Below the pieces are notes generated by a model. That model did no database searches, was not told where the DNA came from, and worked only from the letters and a program-made list of their open reading frames with translations. Below, one piece after another: positions 38,494-49,019 of a stretch of DNA of 64,000 nucleotides (its first letter is position 1; every line of letters starts with the position of its first letter). A program made the translations under genes and the position numbers. This DNA is from Isurus oxyrinchus (lineage: Eukaryota): positions 2,914,001 to 2,978,000 of the forward strand of contig JANJGN010000052.1 of NCBI GenBank assembly GCA_026770705.1. The letters run 5' to 3'.

Positions 38494-38640
38494 CCAGGAC
38501 CTGTCCGACTGCTCGCCTGGGGAGGAACTGCCCACACGCTCTGCTTGGGCTGAATGACCTCTTCCTGTGCTGCTCCCTCTGTGTATTTAATGAGAAAGGG
38601 TTGATGTGTCTCTGTGAGACAAAATGAGGAAGTTGGATCA
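38494..38640 (-). promoter_or_regulatory. Putative promoter and non-coding first exon of gene B
   Basis: Donor acttac at 38488-38493; GAGGAAGT at 38626-38633; colinear with the gene A 5' region. Confidence 0.5.
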
Positions 38641-39119
38641 AAGTGACAGAGCAGCTCATGTTTTGAGATGTTGGTGAACTGTTAACCCTTTGTGTCCTGA
38701 CCCTGTGTTGATATTTCTGCTCACAGGTGGACAGTCATTGACCAGGAGTTTCTCCTGTGGGTCAGTGGGTTTCACAGCCAAATTCAGGGGGTCAGAATGT
38801 TGTGGGATTCAAGACCCCATTCAGGGGACGTCTGCCCCACAGACTAGACTGAAACTGCCCAGTGTCAGTACTGAGGGAGTGCTGCACTGTCGGATGGCCA
38901 TTACTGCACTATTGTAAGGTCAGTACTGAGGGAGATCTCCACTGTTTGAGGGTGAGTACTGAGGGAGTGCTGCACTGTCAGAGGGACATTAATCAGGGAG
39001 TGCCGCACTGTTAGAGGATCAGTACTGAGGGAGTGCCGCACTGTTGAAGGGTCAGTATTAAGGTGCTGATTTACAAGACAGGACAATGGATTAGGAGCCC
39101 TCAGAACTCCCCCCGTGAT

Positions 39120-39345
39120 TTCCAATCATTCCGTTACTTACCCCGGACCTGTCCGACTGCTCGTTGGGGAGGAACTACCCACACGCTCTGCTTGGGCTGA
39201 ATGACCTCTTCCTGTGCTGCTCCCTATTTGTGTTTAATTAAAAAGGGTGGATGTGTCACTGTGAGTCAAAATGAGGAAGTGCTTGGTACCAAGTGAGAAA
39301 GATGCTCTTTGCCTCGCACTGTTAGAAAACTGTTAACCCTTTGCG
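39120..39345 (-). promoter_or_regulatory. Second promoter/first-exon copy upstream of gene B (exon end 39142)
   Basis: Same exon and donor as at 60447; PU.1/ETS-type GAGGAAGT at 39273-39280. Confidence 0.45.
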
Positions 39346-39384
39346 TGCCAAGAATGTTTTTGAAGGGCCATTGACTGTTCACAT

Positions 39385-39870
39385 GCAACAAGCTCGAGGG
39401 GTTGACTGGGCCTCCTCCTGTTCCTGTGTAACAATCTCGAGGGGCTGAATGGGCCTCCTCCTGTTCCTGTGTAACAGGCTTGAGGGGCTGAATGGGCCTA
39501 CTCCTGTTCCTGTGTAACAGGCTCATGGGGCACAATGGGTCTCCTCCTGTTGCTGTGTAACAGGCTCGAGGGGCTGAATGGGCCTCCTCCTGTTCCTGTG
39601 TAACAGGCTTGAGGGGCTGAATGGGCCTCCTCCTGTTCCTGTGTAACAGGCTCGAGGGGCTGTATGGGCCTCCTCCTGTTCCTGTGTAACAGGCTCGAGG
39701 GGCTGAATGGGCCTCCTCCTGCTCCTGTGTAACAGGCTCGAGGGGCTGAATGGGCCTCCTCCTGTTCCTGTGTAGCAGACTCATGGGGCTGAATGGTCTC
39801 ATTCCCTCACTGTGTACCAGGCTCATGGGGCTGAGTGGGCCTCCTCCTGTTCCTGTGTAAAAGGCTCGAG
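39385..39870 (-). repeat. Same about 41-bp minisatellite, inverted
   Basis: About 12 units. Confidence 0.9.
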
Positions 39871-39884
39871 TACATTAGGAGCAT

Positions 39885-40495
39885 CATTGGGAGCAGCATT
39901 TCACTTGCACTTCCCTCAATTTAATCTACTGCCTTCACTGCTCCCAATGTGGTCTCCTCTACATGGGACAGACCAAACACAGACTGGGTGATCGCTCTCA
40001 TGAACACCTTCGGTCTGTCCGCAAGCATGACCCAGACCTCCCTGTCGCTTGCCATTTTAACACCCCACCCTGCTCTCATGCCCACATGTCCGTCCTTGGC
40101 CTGCTGCATTGTTCCAGTGAAGCCCAACACAAACTGGAGGAACAGCACCTCATCTTCCGACCTGGCACTTTACAGCCTTCCCGACTGAATATTGAGTTCA
40201 ACAATTTCAGATCATGAACTCTCTCCTCCATCCCCACCCCCTTTCCAATCTCCCTTTTTCCAATAATTGATCATTTTTAATATTTTTTTTTATTTATATA
40301 TTTTTCTTTTCCCACCTATTTCCATTATTTTTAAATGTTTTACATCTGTTGTATCTCTCCCTTTTAGCCTATTTCAATCCTTTCCCCCCACCCCACCCCC
40401 ACTAGGACTATCTGTCTCTTGCTCGTCCTGCTTTCTACCCTTAATGTCCCCATTAGCACATTCCTCAGATAATATCACCACCGTCAACACCCCTT
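39885..40495 (+). mobile_element. Penelope-like element fragment (GIY-YIG endonuclease C-terminus)
   Basis: YMGQTKHRLGDRSHEHLRSV..PVACHFN..KLEEQHLIFRPGTLQPSRLNIEF. Confidence 0.85.
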
Positions 40496-40926
40496 TGTTC
40501 CAATTATCCACCGATCCTGCATTTCCTGAAGTCTACACTGGCTGATGAATATTCTGTAAACACTGACAGACAGGAAGGTGAATAACACAATGAAAATTAA
40601 CTCATAATCACGGACACGGGATTGAATTTGTCCGTTCTGTCCTGGTACATCATCGAACAATATCTAAAGACATTTACAATCAGATTGGAGAGAAGGATGT
40701 TTCCAACAGTGAGGGACAATTCTGAAGGAGGATGTTCGAATTGAAACCCACAGACAATCATCCTGGATAGATCATTCCAAAGAAATTCCATCAGATTGTG
40801 ACAAGAGGTTTAAATCTATTTCCTGGGAGTGAGTTCCTGTGGATATTAGAAAGGTAAATTGGAGTTTTGAATGATTCTCCCGTTCTGTATTCTCCCCACA
40901 CTGTGTGTGTCTCATTCTTGCTCAGT

Positions 40927-41043
40927 TTATAAATTCCCATAAACAGAATCCTCAGCAAATTCACAGTTTGCGTAAAGATCATCATCTGTATCAGGATTGA
41001 CTCCGCGGTTAGATTTCATTTCCAGATCCTTCACATCTTTCTT
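40927..41043 (-). CDS. Gene A terminal coding exon KKDVKDLEMKSNRGVNPDTDDDLYANCEFAEDSVYGNL*
   Basis: Acceptor tttctattacag, phase 0, 39 codons ending in TAA, two tyrosine motifs in an acidic context. Confidence 0.8.
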   Translation of the reverse strand, partial: KKDVKDLEMKSNRGVNPDTDDDLYANCEFAEDSVYGNL

Positions 41044-41139
41044 CTGTAATAGAAACAGAAATGATCAGAGTGACAATCAGAGGATCAGTGTTTAGTATTA
41101 TTGATCCTAATCGAAAATTCCACCCACAATAGATACATT

Positions 41140-42143
41140 AATTATTGATACTGAACAGGGTTTGATTATTGATACTGAACAGGGTTTGATTATTGATACT
41201 GAACGGGGTTTGATTATTGATACTGAACGGGGTTTGATTATTGATTCTGAATGGGATTTGTTTATTGATTCTGAACGGGGTTTGATTATTGATACTGAAC
41301 GGGGTTTGATTATTGATACTGAATGGGGTTTGATTATTGATTCTGAACGGGGTTTGATTATTGTTACTGAACGGGGTTTGATTATTGATACTGATCGGGG
41401 GTTGATTATTGATACTGAATGGAGGTTGATTATTGATTCTGAATGGTGTTTGATTATTGATACTGAACGGGGTTTGATTATTGTTACTGAACGGGGTTTG
41501 ATTATTGACACTGAACGGGGTTTGATTATTGATTCTGAACGGGGTTTGATTATTGATACTGTACGGGGTTTGATTATTGATTATGAACGGGTTTTGATTA
41601 TTGATACTGAACGGGGTTTGATTATTGATTCTGAATGGGGTTTGATTATTGATACTGTATGGGGTTTGATTATTGATTATGAACGGGTTTTGATTATTGA
41701 CACTGAACAGGGTTTGATTATTTATACTGAACGGTGTTTGATTATTGATCCTGAACGGAGTTTGATTATTGATCCTGAAAGGGGTTTGATTATTGATACT
41801 GAACTGGGTTTGATTATTGATACTGAACTGGGTTTGATTATTGATTCTGAAAGGAGTTTGATTATTGATACTGAATGGGGTTTGATTATTGACATTGAAC
41901 GGGGTTTGATTATTGATTCTAAACGGTGTTTGATTATTGATACTGAACGGGGTTTGTTTATTGATTCTGAACAGTGTTTGATTATTGATTCTGAAAGGGG
42001 TTTGATTATTGATACTGTACGGGGTTTGATTATTGATTCTGAACGGGGTTTGATTATTGATACTGAACGGGGTTTGATTATTGATTCTGAACGGGGTTTG
42101 ATTATTGATACTGAACGGGGTTTGATTATTGATTCTGAACGGT
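41140..42143. repeat. 24-bp minisatellite TTATTGATACTGAACGGGGTTTGA, about 42 copies
   Basis: Direct inspection; 8-aa periodicity in overlapping ORFs. Confidence 0.95.
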
Positions 42144-42275
42144 GTTGGGTGTGAGTTTGGTTGGGTTTGGGAGTGACTGTATAAAACATTGCAGATACAG
42201 GACTGGAGCAGCCATATCAATAACCAGGCTACTGGAGCAGCTGAGAGGCTGGGGATCCTGTGGTGTGTGACTCAC

Positions 42276-42380
42276 CTGATTCCTCAAAGCCCAACCACGC
42301 TCACAGTTTTCATAAACAGGACCTCGATATTCATCAACATGATGGTTCGATTTGATTCCTGCTTTCCCCTCGCCTCTCTT
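42276..42380 (-). CDS. Gene A cytoplasmic exon, KRGEGKAGIKSNHHVDEYRGPVYENCE..; frame and 3' end ambiguous
   Basis: Strong acceptor ctctgttacag. The phase-0 translation aligns with the terminal exon (K..KSN...YxNCE). Two candidate donors: GTGAGC (exon end 42305) and GTGAGT (exon end 42276). Confidence 0.65.
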
Positions 42381-42727
42381 CTGTAACAGAGATGGAAATG
42401 GACAGAGAGAATATCAACATGATGTGTATTCGGTGTTGGGTTTGATTATTGGGGAGAGAGTTCCAGATTTCCACTCTCCTTTGTGTGAAGAAGTGCTTCC
42501 TGACATCACCCCTGAACGGCCTGTCTCCAATCTGAAGTTCCAGCCCCCTTGTTCTGGACTCCACCCGACCCCCACCACCCACCCCCACCCGAGGGAATAG
42601 CTTCTCTCTATCAACCCTATCGAGTGTTTAATTATTTTGAACCCCTCAGTTACATCACTCCTTTAATCTTCTAGACCTGAGGGAATATAATCGTAGACTG
42701 TGTGTAACCTGTCTGCATAATTTAACC

Positions 42728-43120
42728 AGAAAGATGTTCTGTACAACAGACTTGAGCCTCACACCCAGATCTCAATAATCAGTAGAAATCTTTCAAAGGC
42801 ATCAATCATTGGAATCTGTCTTTATTAAGTCACAACACTAACAAAGGACGGTGTTGATGGTGGAAGTGAATTCCAATCGTTCCGTTACTTACCCAGTACC
42901 TGTCCGACTGCTCGCCTGGGGAGGAACTGCCCACACGCTCTGCTTGGGCTGAATGACCTCTTCCTGTGCTGCTCCCTCTGTGTATTTAATGAGAAAGGGT
43001 GGATGTGTCACTGTGAATCAAATCAGGAATTGGGGAACAATTGTGAAAACCCTTTCACTGAAATGTAGGGCCTTAGTGTTGTGTTGTAAGCAAACTGTTA
43101 ACCCTTTGTGTCCTGACTCT
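42728..43120 (-). repeat. Extra copy of the promoter/first-exon block inside gene A (exon end 42893)
   Basis: Near-identical to 38330-38700 and 60280-60640. Confidence 0.85.
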
Positions 43121-43735
43121 GTGACGTGATTCCTGTGTAAAGCTGAGCAGTCGTTGAGCGAGTTTCAATTCACTGCTCAATCCAGCTGTTGAGCTGGATC
43201 TTCTGAAGGAGCAGATGTTGCTCAGCGCTCCTTAAAAATGTGAGAGACTGAACAACGTGTAGGAGAATGAGAGAGAGAATGAGAAGGAGAGCATTAGTGG
43301 AGATAAGAGAGAGAGTGAATGAGAGAGAGAATGAGAAGGAGAGCATTAGTGGAGATTGGAGAGAGAGGGAATGAGAGAAAAAATGAGAAGGCGTGCATTA
43401 GTGGAGATAAGAGAGAGAGTGAATGAAACATGGAAAAAGGAAAGAGATTGCATTCACTAACAAAAGAAACGTTTTCATTTATATAGCTCCTTTCACATCC
43501 TCAGTAGGTCACAAGGTATCTTATGGTCCAGGTCAACACTGCCTGTTACAGGACTGAGTTGTGAAACAGTGAGTGTTGGATGAGATGTTAAACAGTAGGT
43601 GAAAATCAAAACTCTTCAGGGGCTGTGAAGGGTTCTGGGTTGTGAAAGGTGCTATAGAAATGCAAGTTCTTTCTATAAGGAGAGAAGTTTGAAGAAAACA
43701 TTTTCAAAAACAACCAATTAAACCTTCACACTTAC

Positions 43736-43832
43736 TTTCTCACACACTTGAAGATGAAGAATCCACTCAGTCCAACACTCAAACAGATTCCAGCTCCAAG
43801 CAATCCTGCTTTCCATTCATTGGAATCTCGCC
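43736..43832 (-). CDS. Gene A transmembrane exon RDSNEWKAGLLGAGICLSVGLSGFFIFKCVRK
   Basis: 97 nt, ttttacag|...|gtaagt, phase 1-2. Same length as, and homologous to, the TM exon at 10364-10460. Confidence 0.88.
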
Positions 43833-44049
43833 CTGTAAAATCAGCCAATGAATGACTCCGGTACAGTTTGAGAATGGTTCCCTATGTACATGTAGTAATT
43901 CTGAATTTGTGAAGTGATATTGTCTATGCATGAAAGGTCTATACAAATAACATTTATCTATGTAATATTTATTGATAATATCCATGTACATGCAGGTTTC
44001 TATAAGGAGGATTCACATATAACAGAGGTGCCAAGCTGCTGAGGTGACA

Positions 44050-45060
44050 CACAGGACTACATACACACCAAACAGCGGAAACAACATGCTATAGACAGAG
44101 CAAAGCGATCCCACAACCAACGGGTCAGATCTAAGCTCTGCAGTCCTGCCACATCCAGTCATGAATGGTGATGGACAATTAAAGATCTAACAGGAGGAGG
44201 ATGTTCCACAAATATCCCCATCCTTAATGATGGGGGAGCTCAGCACATCAGTGCAAACGACAAGGCTGAAGCATTGGCAACCATGTTCAGCCAGAAGTGC
44301 TGAGTGGATGCTCCATCTCGGCCTCCTCCAGAGGGTCCCAGCATCACAGATGTCAGCTTTCAGACAATTCGATTGACTCCACGTGACATCAGCAATCAGC
44401 TGATGATACTGGATACAGCAAAGGCTATTGGCCCTGGCAACAACCCAGCAACAGGAAATAATGTGGCTACAACTGCGGGTAAGAGGCTGGGAACTCTGCG
44501 GTGAGTAACTCACCTCCTGACCCCCCAAAGCCTGTCCACCATCGACAAGGCACAAGTCAGGAGTGTGATGGAATAATCTCCAATTGCTTGAATAAGTGCA
44601 GCTCCAACAACACTCAAGAAGCTCGACACCATCCAGGAGCAGCTTGTTTGATCGACAGCCCATCCACCAGCATAAACATTCATACCCTCCACCACTGGCA
44701 CACAATGGCAGCAGTGTGTGCACCATCTACAAGATGCACTGCAGCAACTCACCAAGGCTCCTTCAACAGCACCTTCCAAACTCTTAACCTCTTCCACCAA
44801 GACAGTTCCAAGTCAGTGAGGTGTGTGATTTGGAAGCGAACTTGAGGTGGTGGTCTGCCCTGGGACTTGGAAATATATTGGCCGTTCTTTCACCATCACT
44901 GGGACAAAATCCTGGAACTCCCACCCTAACAGCACTGTGGGTGTACCTACACCACAGGGAATGTAGTGGTTAAAGAAGGCAGCTCACCACCACCTTCTCA
45001 AGGGGCAGTTACAGATGGGCAATAATTTCTGGTCTTGTCAACAATGCCCACATCCCATGA
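44050..45060 (+). mobile_element. Internally deleted LINE of the 29920-31890 family, with 3' end
   Basis: Nucleotide similarity to 29930-30200 and 31680-31860, and to the reverse complement of 5700-6100. Confidence 0.8.
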
Positions 45061-45098
45061 GCTAACAACAAGAGAACGTTCAATTCTGTGTAACTCAT

Positions 45099-45380
45099 GT
45101 TCCACAGTGATGGTTATGAACCCCTCCACTGCTCCATGTTCATTCTCTGCCACACACTGATAGTCTCCAGTGTCCCTGGATGTAAGGTGAGGAATCACCA
45201 ACCACAGCTCATTGTTGGAACTTGTTCTGTTCATTGGGACATTAAGATGTCGCCACGTCAGGTTAGAAGCTGGGAAGCTCTCGACAGAGCAGATTATCAC
45301 TGCAGAATTCCCCTCAATTATATTGATCGATGAAGCGTTAATCATATCAAGAGAATTAATTGAGAGATTCTGTGGTGTGT
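45099..45380 (-). CDS. Gene A domain-3 C2/I-set Ig exon with mutated splice donor
   Basis: 282 nt open frame (IICSVESFPASNLTW..DTGDYQCVAENEHG). Acceptor ttttcag is intact, but the donor reads ATGAGT where paralogous copies read GTGAGT. Confidence 0.8.
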
Positions 45381-46203
45381 CTGAAAACAAATAAAGATCA
45401 TTACTTACATTGACTGTGAAACGCTTTGAGAGACACTGAGAATGTGAAAGGTGTGATATCAATGTAGGTTCCTTCACCACAAAGCACTTAATTCAGGCAG
45501 ACACTTCAGTTCAGTACTGAGGGAGTGCTGTATTGTTGGAGAGTCAGTACTGATGGAGTGCTGCACTGTTGGAGGGTCAGTACTGAGGTAGTGCTGCACT
45601 GTGGGAGGGTCAGTACTGAGGGAGAGCTGCCCTCTTGGCGCGTGAGTACTGATGACCTGCTGCACTGTTGGAGGGCAGGTACTGTGAAAGCTGCACTGCC
45701 GCATAGTCAGTACTGAGCAAGTACTTCACTGTCAGAGAATCAGTACTGAGGGAGTGCTGAACTGTTGGAGGATCAGTACTGAGGGAGTGCTGCACTGTTG
45801 GAGGATCAGGACTGAGGGAGTGGTGCACTGTCAGAGGGTCAGTACTGAGGGAGTGCTGCACTGTTGGAGGGTCAGTACTGAGGGAGTGCTGCACTGTTGG
45901 AGGGTCAGTACTAGGGGAGTGTTGCACTGTTGGAGGGCCAGTACTGGAAGAGTGCTGCACTCTCGGAGGGTCAGTACTTAGGGAATGCTGCACTGTCGGA
46001 GGGTCAGTACTGAGGGAGTGCTGCACTGTCGGAGGGTCAGTAATTAGGGAGCTCTGCACTGTTGGAGGGTCAGTACTGAGGGAGTGCTGCACTGTTGGAG
46101 GGTCAATACTTAGGGAATGCTGCACTGCCAGAGGGTCAGTACTGAGGGAGTGCTGCACTGTTGGAGGGTCAGTAATTAGGGAGATCTGCACTGTCGGAGG
46201 GTG

Positions 46204-47090
46204 ATAAGACCATAAGACCACAGGACGTCAGAGCAGAAGGAGGCCATTCGGCCAATCAACTCTGCTCCACCATTCAATGACACCATGGCTGATCTGACAA
46301 TCCTCAACTCCACTTTCCTGCCTCTTCCCCATAGCCTTTGATTCCCTGACTGATTAAAAAACTGTGTATCTCAGCCTTGAATATAATTAATGACCCAGAC
46401 TCTGCAGCTCTCTGTAGTAAATAATTCCACACATTCACTACCCTCTGAGGGAAGAAACTCCTCATCTCTATCTTAAATGGGTGACCCCTTACTCTGAGAT
46501 TATGCCCTCTGGTCCTAGACTCTCCCACAAGGGGAAACAACCTCTCAGCATCTACCCTGTCAAGCACCCTAAGAATCTTATATGTTTCAATAAGGTCAGC
46601 TCTCATTCTCCTAAACTCCAATGAGTACAGGCCCATCCTACTCAACATCTCCTCATATGAAAATCCCTCCATTACTGGGATCAACCTAGTGAACCTTCTC
46701 TGGACTGCCTCCAATGCCAGTACATCTTTCCTTAGATAAGGGAACCAAAACTGCTCACAGTATTCTAGGTGTGGTCTAACTAGTGCCTTGTATAGTTTTA
46801 GCAAGGCTTCCCTATTTTTATACTCCATTCCCTTTGAAATAAAGGTCAGCATTCCAAATACTATGTGCATTTAAGTAAAGAGCCATTAATTTTGTCTTTT
46901 TATCATTTCCCCCCCTCTGACACTATTTGCTGATGTATTTTTATGTTTGGACACTGTGTCCCTTCCTGTCACACACTGGGTATCATTGCCAAAAAGCTAT
47001 CCTGCAATGCTGACAAATCCTTTTGGTTTGTAACTGTACATATACCCTCTCCAGAAACATTCGCCCCACACTCTATTTAGTTTAAAGCCA
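46204..47090 (-). mobile_element. Internally deleted copy of the same CR1
   Basis: 3' part joined to the endonuclease start at ttcca (about 46852). Confidence 0.9.
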
Positions 47091-47514
47091 ATAGTGAGGT
47101 AGTGCAGCACTGTCAAAGGGTCAGTACTGAGGGAGTGCTGCATGTGGGAGGGTCAGTACTGAGGGAGTGCTGCACTGTGGGAGGGACAGTACTGAGTGAG
47201 TGCTGCATGTGGGAGGGTCAGTACTGAGGGAGTGCTGCACTGTGGGAGGGTCAGTACTGAGTGAGTGCTGCATGTGGGAGGGTCAGTACTGAGGGAATGC
47301 TGCATGTGGGAGGGTCAGTACTGATGGAGTGGTGCACTGTCAGAGGGTCAGTACTGAGGGAGTGCTGCACTGTCGGAGGGTCAGTACTGAGGGAGTGCTG
47401 CACTGTCGGAGGGTCAGTAATTAGGGAGCTCTGCACTGCCAGAGTGTCAGTACTGAGGGTGTTCTGCACTGTTGGAGGGTCAGTAATTAGGGAGATCTGC
47501 ACTGTCGGAGGGTG

Positions 47515-48400
47515 ATAAGACCATAAGACCACAGGACGTCAGAGCAGAAGGAGGCCATTCGGCCAATCAACTCTGCTCCGCCATTCAATGACACCATGGC
47601 TGATCTGACAATCCTCAACTCCACTTTCCTGCCTCTTCCCCATAGCCTTTGATTCCCTGACTGATTAAAAAACTGTGTATCTCAGCCTTGAATATAATTA
47701 ATGACCCAGCCTCTGCAGCTCTCTGTAGTAAATAATTCCACACATTCACTACCCTCTGAGGGAAGAAACTCCTCATCTCTGTCTTAAATGGGTGACCCCT
47801 TACTCTGAGATTATGCCCTCTGGTCCTAGACTCTCCCACAAGGGGAAACAACCTCTCAGCATCTACCCTGTCAAGCACCCTAAGAATCTTATATGTTTCA
47901 ATAAGGTCAGCTCTCATTCTCCTAAACTCCAATGAGTACAGGCCCATCCTACTCAACCTCTCCTCATATGAAAATCCCTCATTACTGGGATCAACCTAGT
48001 GAACCTTCTCTGGACTGCCTCCAATGCCAGTACATCTTTCCTTAGATAAGGGAACCAAAACTGTTCACAGTATTCTAGGTGTGGTCTAACTAGTGCCTTG
48101 TATAGTTTTAGCAAGGCTTCCCTATTTTTATACTCCATTCCCTTTGAAATAAAGGTCAGCATTCCAAATACTATGTGCATTTAAGTAAAGAGCCATTAAT
48201 TTTGTCTTTTTATCATTTCCCCCCCTCTGACACTATTTGCTGATGTATTTTTATGTTTGGACACTGTGTCCCTTCCTGTCACACACTGGGTATCATTGCC
48301 AAAAAGCTATCCTGCAATGCTGACAAATCCTTTTGGTTTGTAACTGTACATATACCCTCTCCAGAAACATTCGCCCCACACTCTATTTAGTTTAAAGCCA
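47515..48400 (-). mobile_element. Second internally deleted CR1 copy
   Basis: Same deletion junction as 46204-47090. Confidence 0.9.
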
Positions 48401-49019
48401 ATAGTGAGGTAGTGCAGCACTGTCAAAGGGTCAGTACTGAGGGAGTGCTGCATGTGGGAGGGTCAGTACTGAGGGAGTGCTGCACTGTGGGAGGGACAGT
48501 ACTGAGTGAGTGCTGCATGTGGGAGGGTCAGTACTGAGGGAGTGCTGCACTGTGGGAGGGTCAGTACTGAGTGAGTGCTGCATGTGGGAGGGTCAGTACT
48601 GAGGGAATGCTGCATGTGGGAGGGTCAGTACTGAGGGAGTGCTGCACTGTGGGAGGGTCAGTACTGAGGGAGTGCTGCATGTGGGAGGGTCAGTACTGAG
48701 GGAGTGCTGCACTGTTGGAGGGTCAGTACTAGGGGAGTGTTGCACTGCTGGAGGGCCAGTACTGGAAGAGTGCTGCACTCTCGGAGGGTCAGTACTTAGG
48801 GAATGCTGCACTGTCGGAGGGTCAGTACTGAGGGAGTGCTGCATTGTCGGAGGGTCAGTAATTAGGGAGCTCTGCACTGTTGGAGGGTCAGTACTGAGGG
48901 AGTGCTGCACTGTTGGAGGGTCAATACTTAGGGAATGCTGCACTGCCAGAGGGTCAGTACTGAGGGAGTGCTGCACTGTTGGAGGGTCAGTAATTAGGGA
49001 GATCTGCACTGTCGGAGGG

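Noticed and set aside
41107-42220. 360-aa and 330-aa ORFs (NNQTPFSI / LIIDTERG repeats)
   Set aside because: Translation of an intronic 24-bp minisatellite, open on both strands.
43736-43832. Lysines near the gene A TM as a DAP12-binding charge
   Set aside because: Both Lys flank the 20-residue hydrophobic core rather than lying within it.
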